Below, piece after piece: positions 56,272 through 64,000 of a stretch of 64,000 bases of DNA. The notes beneath the pieces were generated by a model, which saw nothing but the letters and a program-made list of their open reading frames with translations, had not been told where the DNA came from and searched no databases. The stretch lies in the sequence record MT446414.1. One strand, 5' to 3'. Each line of letters starts with the position of its first letter. Position 1 is the stretch's first letter. The DNA is from Escherichia virus TH43. Made by a program: the position numbers and the translations under genes.

Positions 56272-57519
56272 ATGACTACTCGTATCCGTGTTCTTCCGTA
56301 TGGCCCTTCTGATTCTGTTAACGCTCTGGTAACTGCCATTAACGATACTATCCGTGATGAACGTATCAACGCTAACGTAATGGGTCTTCTTTCAGAGAAC
56401 AGTCGCTGGCGTTCTCGTGAGGGTGATGTGGTTGTGAACTACGGGAACCGTCGCTATCCTGAATCCTTCTTTGGTTCTGCAACTGTTCTTAACCGTACCG
56501 CAGCCTTACATATGGCAGCGAACAAACGTCGCGCTTTCAGTGTGATGGACCAAGCAGGTGTTAAAACTGTTGAGTATACAGATGTTCAATCAACTGCTCA
56601 GGAGTGGTCAAACTCTGGCAACATTGTGTATGAACGTCATGAACTGACTGGTCACTCTGGTTCAGGTATCATTGTTGTAGAGCCTCGTGATTCAGTTGGT
56701 CAAGCTGAACTGTACACCAAAGGTATTCTAGGCCCACGTCGTGAATGGCGTGTCCATGTGTTCAAAGGTGCTATCACCTATGTTCAGAAAAAGATTCGTC
56801 GTAACGGTTATCGTGAAGACCCTAACTATCGTGAAGATGTTCGTAACCATCACACTGGTTGGGTTTACTCAAGTTCCTTCACAGACGTTCCGAACGATGC
56901 CTCTCTGATCAACGCAGTGAAAGCTGTTGAATCAATGGGTCTAGATTTCGGTGCAGTTGATATCATCACCAAAGGTCAAGAAGCATGGGTACTGGAAGTT
57001 AATACAGCACCGGGCCTAACTGGCACAACTCTGGATATCTACCGTCACAATATCCTTGAGTTTGTTAAAGCTCAAAACCCTCTCTATACTCCTCAGTATA
57101 AAGTGGTTTATGCAACACCTGTTGAAGCTTCAATCGAAGATGGAGACGGTGAGTTGGTGGATGATATTGAAAGTGCTGGCGATGAAAACTTTGCACTGGA
57201 AGGTCAGACAGCACAACCGGTTGATTCAGTTGATGTGGTTCCTGAAGAAATGCAATTAGAAGGTCAGATGAATACTCAAACTATTCGTAATGCACCTACT
57301 GGTTATACTTTGTCTCGTGGTTACTGGATTGCAAATATTCGTCATGTTCACAACAACCTGCAACCTAATGCAATGTCTGCCAATGTCATTCTGTTCTGCG
57401 ACGGTCGTAACTTCTACCGCAGTGGTTGGAACGTTCCAGTCCATCCAGCACAGATTAATAACCCTCGTAAGTTAGAGTCTGTAACTGTTGAAGGTAGTGA
57501 AGTAGCAGTAACTCTGTAA
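56272..57519 (+). CDS. ATP-grasp ligase (RimK / glutathione-synthetase-like)
   Basis: GNIVYERHELTGHSGSGIIVV, EWRVHVFKG, LDFGAVDII ... WVLEVNTAPGL are the characteristic ATP-grasp blocks. Confidence 0.65.
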   Translation: MTTRIRVLPYGPSDSVNALVTAINDTIRDERINANVMGLLSENSRWRSREGDVVVNYGNRRYPESFFGSATVLNRTAALHMAANKRRAFSVMDQAGVKTVEYTDVQSTAQEWSNSGNIVYERHELTGHSGSGIIVVEPRDSVGQAELYTKGILGPRREWRVHVFKGAITYVQKKIRRNGYREDPNYREDVRNHHTGWVYSSSFTDVPNDASLINAVKAVESMGLDFGAVDIITKGQEAWVLEVNTAPGLTGTTLDIYRHNILEFVKAQNPLYTPQYKVVYATPVEASIEDGDGELVDDIESAGDENFALEGQTAQPVDSVDVVPEEMQLEGQMNTQTIRNAPTGYTLSRGYWIANIRHVHNNLQPNAMSANVILFCDGRNFYRSGWNVPVHPAQINNPRKLESVTVEGSEVAVTL

Positions 57520-57541
57520 TTAAAAACAAAAGGAATTTGTA

Positions 57542-57784
57542 ATGTTGTCTATCGAAGATTTGATCAGTCGTGGAATGACCGAACAAAAAGAACCTCTGAT
57601 TGTCGGTTCTCGTAAAGCTATTAACCAACTCTGTGAAGAGTTTGGAATCACAAACAAGAGAATGATTGGTAATCAGTTCTCTGCAATTATCACCTTCCTT
57701 AAACGAGGTGATAAATATTCAATGGAATGTGTTGAGCGTATCATCGCAATTGCACAAGAAGATAAGGGAGTAACAACTCTGTGA
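57542..57784 (+). CDS. hypothetical protein, 80 aa
   Basis: ATG with AAGGAA upstream. Confidence 0.45.
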   Translation: MLSIEDLISRGMTEQKEPLIVGSRKAINQLCEEFGITNKRMIGNQFSAIITFLKRGDKYSMECVERIIAIAQEDKGVTTL

Positions 57785-57966
57785 ATAAATACACAATCAT
57801 GTTTCGTACAGTAAACTCAGAAGGGAATATTCAATCTCTGGACATTCAAGCAGAACGCTTTGAATCACTTGGAACAAGTGTTAACTTCTTCCGAGGAGTA
57901 GAGTTGGTAGGTACATTCCAATCTGATGTGTTGACTGGTGTGATCAAACACTTCGAAGTAGAATAA
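57781..57966 (+). CDS. hypothetical protein, 61 aa
   Basis: GTG start overlapping upstream stop. Confidence 0.35.
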   Translation: MNKYTIMFRTVNSEGNIQSLDIQAERFESLGTSVNFFRGVELVGTFQSDVLTGVIKHFEVE

Positions 57967-58031
57967 TTTGCTTTAGCCTCTTCGAAAGAGGAGGCTAGTT
58001 CGAATTTAACTGAAACACAAAAGGTAATATA

Positions 58032-58463
58032 ATGTCTGATAAAGTATTAGTTGCAACGTATGGTTCTCTTCGTAAAGGTCAACACAACCACGCTATCAAT
58101 GCTCGTGCCGGTGGTGTGTCTATTGGTGAAGGTTGGACAGTGAACAACTGTAACCTGTATCAGTATTGCACAGCATACTTCCCAAGTGTATCTCTGGAGC
58201 ACGACAGCAATGGTAAGCCTGTTCGTGTGGAAGTGTTTGAAACAACCCAAGCGGGTTTGGAAGGTCCGTATGACGGTCTGGAAGGTTATCGTGGTAAAGA
58301 CAATCCATACACTTTCTACAATCGTACACTGATTCCAGTGGTGCTGGATAGTGGTGAGACTGTGGAAGCATGGATTTATCATATCGACGAAGAACAAGAT
58401 GTTCTGGTTGAATCTGGCGACTGGACAGCGTATCTGGCAGGTGATCAGGATGACAGTAACTGA
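58032..58463 (+). CDS. gamma-glutamyl cyclotransferase-like (AIG2/GGCT fold) protein
   Basis: N-terminal VATYGSLRKGQ (YGSL motif) and central Glu (VEVFE) in GGCT-like arrangement; AAGG upstream. Confidence 0.55.
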   Translation: MSDKVLVATYGSLRKGQHNHAINARAGGVSIGEGWTVNNCNLYQYCTAYFPSVSLEHDSNGKPVRVEVFETTQAGLEGPYDGLEGYRGKDNPYTFYNRTLIPVVLDSGETVEAWIYHIDEEQDVLVESGDWTAYLAGDQDDSN

Positions 58464-58656
58464 GCGACAGAAGCTGAGAAAGCTCGAGTCTGACTACTTA
58501 AAGTTACGGTGGAAGATCAACCGCTATGACAAGTTTGTCAGTATGCTTGACCGCAATAAACATTCTGAAGATTTTATCATGAGAACCCAATCAGCTTTAC
58601 AGGGTTTTAAAAGTCTTCAAGATGATGTGTGGGAAGAAATACGTTCGTTTTATTGA
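58450..58656 (+). CDS. hypothetical protein, 68 aa
   Basis: In-frame ATG inside track ORF 58351; overlaps the end of the GGCT-like gene. Confidence 0.35.
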   Translation: MTVTERQKLRKLESDYLKLRWKINRYDKFVSMLDRNKHSEDFIMRTQSALQGFKSLQDDVWEEIRSFY

Positions 58657-58692
58657 AGAAGTCTGCTCAAGGAATTCCAAGGAGGATAGAGC

Positions 58693-60483
58693 ATGTCAAA
58701 GATCATTTTAGGGGATACAGGTTGTAAAGAATGTATCTCTCATGGTCGTGATAAGACCCACAATCACATGATTCTCTTCCGAAACGAAGAGTCCGGTGAA
58801 GAGTGGGGCAGTTGTAATCGTTGTGGCAGTTATGAAGTTTTCGAAAAGGGAACAACTCCTACACCGAATGAAAAGAAAGAACTATCCCCTGAAGAACTCC
58901 GAGAGATCTTAGACGATTGCTTAGAGCTGCCTCAGGGTGAGCTTACTCGTCGTTTGATTCCTAAAGCTGTCTCTGAACGGTATGAATGCCGTATTGGTTT
59001 GAGTCAGACAGATGGGCAAACTCCTGATAGTTACTTCTTCCCTCGTGAACGTGATGGAAACATTGTTGGTTATGAAGTTAAGCTTCTGGACAGCAAGAAA
59101 TTCTATTACATCGGCAGTGTTAAAGAAGCTGACCTATTCGGTATGGCTCAAGCACAACGTGGTGACGTGTACAACAAGAAGCTCTTCATCTTTGAAGACC
59201 CACTCTCTTGTATGTCTGGCTTCCATGTGCTCACTGCGTTTACGAACGCTACAAACATCAAACCTGCGTGTGTATCTCTACCGTTTGGTGCAGGTTCAAT
59301 CTCTTCCGTTCTCTCACGTAACCGTGACTTCTTGAATGGTTTTGAGGAGATTGTGCTCTGCATGGACAATGATGATGCAGGTGAGATTGCATTAACTAAA
59401 GGTCGTGCATTATATCCCCATGTTAAATTTGCTCGTATTCCGAAAGGAACCTTCACTTACAATGGTCAAGAGAAGGAAATCAAAGATGCAAATGACATGT
59501 TACTCGCTGGTCGAGGTCAAGAGTTATTCAACAATCTGAAATATTCAGCGAAGCGGGAATCACCTGCTGGTGCTGTTACTGTCTTTGATTGTTTAGAAGA
59601 TGCTCTGAAGAAAGCGGAGTGGGGTATTCCTTATCCGTGGAAAACTCTGAATGAAATGACCTTCGGTATTCGTTGGGGAGAGATGGTTGCAATCGGTGGT
59701 GGTGTTGGTTCAGGTAAAACCCTGATCGCACACGAACTGGTAGCATGGCTTTGCCTTGAACATGGGTTTAATGGTGGTGGCTTCTTCTTGGAAGAGAAGG
59801 TAGGCATGTCTGTTAAAAACATTGCAGGTAAGTCAGCATCTGTACCTTTCCACCGACCTGATGTTGAATATGAGGAATCTCAGCTACGTGATGAAGCACT
59901 TCGTTATGCTGATAAATTCTTCTTGTATGATAACTTCGGTCAGAATGAGTGGGATGATATTAAGCAGTGTATTCGCTTTTGGGTAGTTGAGAATCAGTGT
60001 AAGTTTATCATTCTTGATAACATCACTGCATTGGTATCTCACCTAACTCCTTCTGAAGTGAATACAGAAATCAGTAAGATTGCCTCAGAGCTTGCTGGTA
60101 TGTGTAAGGAATTAGACTTCACTGCTTTTGTATTATCTCACTTGAATGCTCCGGCAGGTGGTGCTCCTCACGAAGAAGGTGGACAGGTGAAAGAGGTTCA
60201 GTTCACTGGTTCACGTTCACTGATGCGTTGGTGTCAATGTATCATTGGTTTTGAACGAGATAAGCAAGCAGATGGGTTAGGCAAGAATTTGTCAATCATA
60301 CGACTCCTTAAGGAGCGTAACTATGGTCAGACAGGTGTTTGCTACACCAAATACATCAACGAAACAGGTCGTCTTGTAGAACGAGAAGATCATGAAGTTG
60401 ATGAAGCTAATCCGTTTGTCTTAACCAATGGTGAAGATGCAGCTTCCCTTCTAACACAAGACGGGGAGGCACGACCTTGGTAA
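58693..60483 (+). CDS. DNA primase-helicase (zinc finger, TOPRIM, DnaB-like helicase)
   Basis: N-terminal CxxC ... CxxC; TOPRIM-like [10 protein letters not shown]; Walker [10 protein letters not shown] and Walker B FIILDN; AAGGAGGA upstream. Confidence 0.8.
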   Translation: MSKIILGDTGCKECISHGRDKTHNHMILFRNEESGEEWGSCNRCGSYEVFEKGTTPTPNEKKELSPEELREILDDCLELPQGELTRRLIPKAVSERYECRIGLSQTDGQTPDSYFFPRERDGNIVGYEVKLLDSKKFYYIGSVKEADLFGMAQAQRGDVYNKKLFIFEDPLSCMSGFHVLTAFTNATNIKPACVSLPFGAGSISSVLSRNRDFLNGFEEIVLCMDNDDAGEIALTKGRALYPHVKFARIPKGTFTYNGQEKEIKDANDMLLAGRGQELFNNLKYSAKRESPAGAVTVFDCLEDALKKAEWGIPYPWKTLNEMTFGIRWGEMVAIGGGVGSGKTLIAHELVAWLCLEHGFNGGGFFLEEKVGMSVKNIAGKSASVPFHRPDVEYEESQLRDEALRYADKFFLYDNFGQNEWDDIKQCIRFWVVENQCKFIILDNITALVSHLTPSEVNTEISKIASELAGMCKELDFTAFVLSHLNAPAGGAPHEEGGQVKEVQFTGSRSLMRWCQCIIGFERDKQADGLGKNLSIIRLLKERNYGQTGVCYTKYINETGRLVEREDHEVDEANPFVLTNGEDAASLLTQDGEARPW

Positions 60484-61025
60484 AGAAAATATTCGCCTTC
60501 GATATTGAGGGTGATAATCTTTATGAGGGTATCCAAAATGTCTGGTGTATCTGGATATTTGATATTCTCTCAGGAGAGCGGTGGGGGTATCGCCCTCACC
60601 AAATTGAAGAAGCTCTTCACAAACTGAAGGAAGCTGATGTAGTTGTAGGACACAATATCATAGATTTTGACCTACCAGCTCTCTTTAAATTCTACTCTCA
60701 TGTAATACCCTTCCGTTTCAATGTTTTCGATACACTTTGCCTGAGTCGTTATCTCAAGCCTGACCGTATTGGAGACAATCCAGAATATCCCAAAGGTGAC
60801 CCAAGACATGGCCCTCGCGGTCATGGCCTCAAGCAATGGGGCGAATTTCTGGGGGAGCTGAAGGGTGACTATGGTGAGCAGGAAGAAGCATGGGATGCGT
60901 TCACTGAAGACATGTTCACATATTGTGAGCAAGACGTTAACTTGACGGTTAAGGTTTACATGTGTCTTTGCCAAATGGCTGGATTTGATTATAAGAATCC
61001 CCCATCTCTCAACTGGAAAATGTAG
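60477..61025 (+). CDS. 3'-5' exonuclease (DnaQ-like, DEDD family)
   Basis: Exo I FDIEGDN, Exo [14 protein letters not shown], Exo III YCEQDV. Confidence 0.65.
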   Translation: MVKKIFAFDIEGDNLYEGIQNVWCIWIFDILSGERWGYRPHQIEEALHKLKEADVVVGHNIIDFDLPALFKFYSHVIPFRFNVFDTLCLSRYLKPDRIGDNPEYPKGDPRHGPRGHGLKQWGEFLGELKGDYGEQEEAWDAFTEDMFTYCEQDVNLTVKVYMCLCQMAGFDYKNPPSLNWKM

Positions 61026-61027
61026 AA

Positions 61028-62476
61028 ATGATTAAGATTCCATTGTCTGAATTAAACCTTCAAGAAGGAGAAGCCCTCAGTGTAGGGCTTGACCTGATTC
61101 GTAACCTGATCAGAGATAACGTAGTTCCTGATGGTATCTACCCTGTTATTGCAGGTGGTGCTATTCGTGACACGTTCTTCCAGAACCGAACTCCGAATGA
61201 TGTTGATATCTTCCTAGTTCAAGGAGGGTTTCGTTGGAACACTCGTCAGGAAAACAGCCCTGCTAACGTGGGTAATGCTGCACTGTTCCTTGACAACTTC
61301 TTGTCTTGGACAGAGAGTAAGGGACTTCAAGTAACATCTCGCCTAGTTCAGCCTGTTAGTGGGACAACTTACGCTGAAGCACTTTTCACTTTCCAAGAGA
61401 TTTTGGAAGTGGAGATTGACGAAGTGAAGATTCAGATGATGATTAACCTCCCTCTGGATATGGATACTCTGAGCGGTCGCTTCCCTATGATTTGTCAAGG
61501 GTTTATGACTCTCGATGATATGTATGTGTCGAACGAAGGTATGTTTGCAATGGCATATACTAATGATATCCCTGTGGTGACAAGTCGTGACATGAAGTAT
61601 GTCCACAAAAAGTGGCCTGAAGCAACAGTTGCAGTTTACAGCAGTTCTACTGAGTATATGCACCTTGCAATGGGAGCTTTTGGTGAACCAGAAGTTCATC
61701 TGATCAGTGATTTAGTTGGACCTATGGCTGGTGTAAACTTGTATCAGAATCAACGTCGCCACTACACCTTGAAGATGATGGAAACTGTATTAAATATTCC
61801 TAAGGAAGCGGGTCGTATCTATCTGGATGAAGAAGTTAACCTACAGACAGATTGGTCTAGTGAATTAACCACTATTGGTGTTGAAGCAATTACGCAGCCT
61901 TGGACTCCGGGAACTGACAGACGTGACTCTTGGCAACAGACAAGATTCGCAGCACCTGCTACAGAGGCACCTCGTGATACTTTCACTGGTAGTTTTGGTA
62001 GTGCCCGTTCTTCTGGAATGGGTACTCGTACATGGCACGTCACTCATGATACAGGTGGAGTAACTGTTCGACCTGCTTCTTCTCCATCTATGGGTGATTT
62101 GCAGCGCTCCCGTCGTTCATGGGAAACAGTTAGCTCTGTTGTTCAGGGTCTACGTTCTAGTGATATAGAACGTGTAGAAGTTGGTGATTTGCCAACCCCT
62201 ACGGAAGATCGGGTAGCAGCTATAGCCGCTCGTGAAGCTGCTCGTATTGGTTTTGCATCTTTAGCTAATGATGCTAACAATACTCCTCGACCTGTCGGTC
62301 GTCGTAATGGTCTGGCTCATTCTAACACTGCACTTGGTGCAGAACTCCGAGCAACAGCTCGTGAATTAGTTGGTGAACTTGATAGTAACTTAGCAGGTGT
62401 TACGCTGACTCGTGAAACAGCTCGTAACATGATTAACAATTTGGCATCATCTGTACAAGGAAACAGAAACTCATGA
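61028..62476 (+). CDS. nucleotidyltransferase (Pol-beta superfamily, CCA-adding-enzyme-like head) with long low-complexity C-terminus
   Basis: AGGAIRD ... NDVDIFL matches hG[GS] ... DxD and the GGAVRD head motif of tRNA nucleotidyltransferases. Confidence 0.5.
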   Translation: MIKIPLSELNLQEGEALSVGLDLIRNLIRDNVVPDGIYPVIAGGAIRDTFFQNRTPNDVDIFLVQGGFRWNTRQENSPANVGNAALFLDNFLSWTESKGLQVTSRLVQPVSGTTYAEALFTFQEILEVEIDEVKIQMMINLPLDMDTLSGRFPMICQGFMTLDDMYVSNEGMFAMAYTNDIPVVTSRDMKYVHKKWPEATVAVYSSSTEYMHLAMGAFGEPEVHLISDLVGPMAGVNLYQNQRRHYTLKMMETVLNIPKEAGRIYLDEEVNLQTDWSSELTTIGVEAITQPWTPGTDRRDSWQQTRFAAPATEAPRDTFTGSFGSARSSGMGTRTWHVTHDTGGVTVRPASSPSMGDLQRSRRSWETVSSVVQGLRSSDIERVEVGDLPTPTEDRVAAIAAREAARIGFASLANDANNTPRPVGRRNGLAHSNTALGAELRATARELVGELDSNLAGVTLTRETARNMINNLASSVQGNRNS

Positions 62477-63006
62477 GTCTTTTAGGTTCTCAAGAATTAC
62501 ACAGCGTTATTGATAATGGCTTTTTAGATGCGGAGCATAAATATGTTAACGCTGCTAGTGTGGATATCCGTATTGGTGATACTATCCTTGTTGAAGAACA
62601 GGCTGACGGCATTGTTGACATTGATGCTAAAGAAAACCTCAAGTGGAAAGAGGTGAAAATCCCTGAAGATGGTATTGTCATCACTCCGGGACAATTCTTC
62701 TTAGCGCACTCAATGGAAGAGTTTAACCTTCCAGATAACATCTCAAGTCTGTTTGTACTTCGCTCCTCAATGGCTCGTTGTGGTTTGAACCACTTACATG
62801 CTGGTTGGGCTGATGCAGGGTTTAACAGCAGTAAGCTGACCTTTGAATTCCATAACGTTACCCACAACCACAGCTTACGAGTTCGTGCTGGGATGCGTGT
62901 TGGTCAGATGGTTATGTTTGAACACTCTCACGCTGGTGATGATTCCTATGCAGTGAAGGGTCGTTACAATGGCAGCAATGGGGTAGTTGCATCTAAAGGT
63001 GTATAA
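62473..63006 (+). CDS. dcd: dCTP deaminase
   Basis: Full-length resemblance to bacterial dCTP deaminases (dUTPase fold), conserved SSMARCG and GWAD..F blocks. Confidence 0.7.
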   Translation: MSLLGSQELHSVIDNGFLDAEHKYVNAASVDIRIGDTILVEEQADGIVDIDAKENLKWKEVKIPEDGIVITPGQFFLAHSMEEFNLPDNISSLFVLRSSMARCGLNHLHAGWADAGFNSSKLTFEFHNVTHNHSLRVRAGMRVGQMVMFEHSHAGDDSYAVKGRYNGSNGVVASKGV

Positions 63007-63011
63007 CCAAG

Positions 63012-63203
63012 ATGAAAGAAGAAAAAGCTACTTACTTAGCTATTGGTTTTGTAGTTGGGGCATTTGCTATGGGAGTATTTATATCTAACGTTGGTCCAGA
63101 TTCTAGCGTTAAGATTGAGACGAGAAGAGCCGCTTGTGAAATAAATCTCCCTCGTAATCAGGTCTGTGTAATGCAGTTTGTCCCTAAATCGGTTGACAGA
63201 TAA
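63012..63203 (+). CDS. small membrane protein, 63 aa
   Basis: N-terminal transmembrane helix YLAIGFVVGAFAMGVFI. Confidence 0.4.
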   Translation: MKEEKATYLAIGFVVGAFAMGVFISNVGPDSSVKIETRRAACEINLPRNQVCVMQFVPKSVDR

Positions 63204-63415
63204 TGGAGTTTGGAACAATGAAAAGACGTTGGGTAGTTCGTATTCACTGGAGCAGTGGTACAGAGTCAATGGGTATTAGGAATACCCGTCAAGAAGCTCG
63301 CGCTCATAAGAAGTTCTTGTTAAGTTGTGAAAGCACAATTAATAAGATCACTATCCACAAAGCTCAAGACTTTAAATCAGGTCGTTTCTATATCAGCGGA
63401 AAGGTACATTACTAA
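63203..63415 (+). CDS. small protein, NTRQEAR-motif paralog 1
   Basis: IRNTRQEARAHKK; tandem paralog of next gene. Confidence 0.45.
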   Translation: MEFGTMKRRWVVRIHWSSGTESMGIRNTRQEARAHKKFLLSCESTINKITIHKAQDFKSGRFYISGKVHY

Positions 63416-63630
63416 TGGATAAATTATGGGCAGTTCGTACTAAATGGGCTAACAAAGCTCTTGGTGGTGATTGTATTCAATTATTCAACACAAGACAAGA
63501 GGCTCGTCTTGCTAAGAAAACTATAAAAGCTACAAAAGCTTTAGGAATCGCTGAAAAGGTGGAGATTCATCGTTGGATTGAAAATATCCAGAACAGTGCT
63601 GGATTCATATCCAGCAAGGTTTATTACTAG
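63415..63630 (+). CDS. small protein, NTRQEAR-motif paralog 2
   Basis: FNTRQEARLAKK; both paralogs end in K-V-(H/Y)-Y. Confidence 0.45.
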   Translation: MDKLWAVRTKWANKALGGDCIQLFNTRQEARLAKKTIKATKALGIAEKVEIHRWIENIQNSAGFISSKVYY

Positions 63631-63700
63631 TTGGTAGTAGATATGATAACTCTCAAATGTATATACAGTATAAGAATATTGTATGAAACAGGAGAGAGTT

Positions 63701-64000
63701 ATGTTAGATTTGAGTAAAGTGGCCCCGCCATCTGAAGAGATTAGCAAAGCTAAAGTTATGCAGCAGTTCTATCATCGTGATATGCTTGGTCGTTATATCA
63801 AGAATCGTGATGTTGTTGCATGGTCTATTGGAAATCAAGGTTATCTTCTCAAAGTGTTGCAAGTTACTGGCTCAACAGCCAAGCGTGTTAAGGTGTATGA
63901 CCCTGAAATGGGGCGTTCTAAGTCTGTAGACCCACAGAACTGCCTTGTTATTACCCAGCAGGTCATGGACAACATTGCTCGTAACGTAGCCAATTCAACC
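63701..64000 (+). CDS. hypothetical protein, 3'-truncated by window end
   Basis: ATG with GGAGAGAG upstream; open frame with no stop to the window end. Confidence 0.45.
   Translation, partial: MLDLSKVAPPSEEISKAKVMQQFYHRDMLGRYIKNRDVVAWSIGNQGYLLKVLQVTGSTAKRVKVYDPEMGRSKSVDPQNCLVITQQVMDNIARNVANST

Noticed and set aside
60477-62476. Interpreting the DnaQ-like exonuclease plus the following 482-aa ORF as a split family-A DNA polymerase
   Set aside because: The 482-aa protein has a Pol-beta-type nucleotidyltransferase signature rather than family-A polymerase motifs; the replicative polymerase is probably encoded outside this window.
49033-62867. - strand ORFs of 60-135 aa scattered through the enzyme cluster and replication genes (for example 51073-51480, 53301-53615, 58047-58397, 59148-59456, 61343-61699, 62490-62867)
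   Set aside because: Each is fully embedded antisense in a + strand gene with recognisable enzyme motifs; no independent start signals; treated as frame artefacts.
1-64000. Temperate lifestyle (integrase, repressor, attachment site) or CRISPR array
   Set aside because: No tyrosine or serine recombinase motifs, no CI/Cro-like pair and no regularly spaced direct repeats were seen; gene content (own primase-helicase, nucleotide metabolism, strong host-type early promoters) fits a lytic phage.

Overview
This window reads as a large part of a lytic tailed-phage genome infecting an enterobacterial-type host; no integrase, repressor or CRISPR array was seen. All calls come from reading the sequence and the supplied ORF track; no searches were run, so functional names are motif-level inferences. 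Layout: (i) 3-2543 (+) nucleotide-metabolism genes (P-loop dNMP-kinase-like, FEN-type 5'-3' exonuclease, HNH endonuclease); (ii) 2775-33666 (-) a contiguous late/structural operon (terminase small and large subunits, portal, acidic scaffold, major capsid protein with an overlapping Ig-like ORF, tail fibre and spike, GH24 lysozyme, SLT transglycosylase, several very large virion proteins); (iii) 33280-34590 a divergent non-coding control region with a dense ACCCAT motif array; (iv) 34591-48400 (+) an early region of many small genes driven by tandem sigma70-like promoters, each followed by an rrn-type boxA-like sequence, plus a tRNA-Arg(UCU), an HNH endonuclease, a FinO/ProQ-like protein and multi-copy small-protein families; (v) 49000-58463 (+) a co-linear enzyme cluster (two amidoligase-like proteins, a class-II glutamine-amidotransferase-like protein, an ATP-grasp ligase, a gamma-glutamyl-cyclotransferase-like protein and unknowns); (vi) 58693-64000 (+) replication and nucleotide genes (primase-helicase, DnaQ-like exonuclease, Pol-beta-type nucleotidyltransferase, dCTP deaminase). 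The strongest candidates for new biology are the amide-ligase cluster in (v), a predicted -1 frameshift fusing the capsid protein to the Ig-like ORF, and the boxA-like elements. The ORF track treats GTG and TTG as starts, so several starts were moved to the first plausible ATG/GTG with a Shine-Dalgarno sequence; start coordinates remain approximate.
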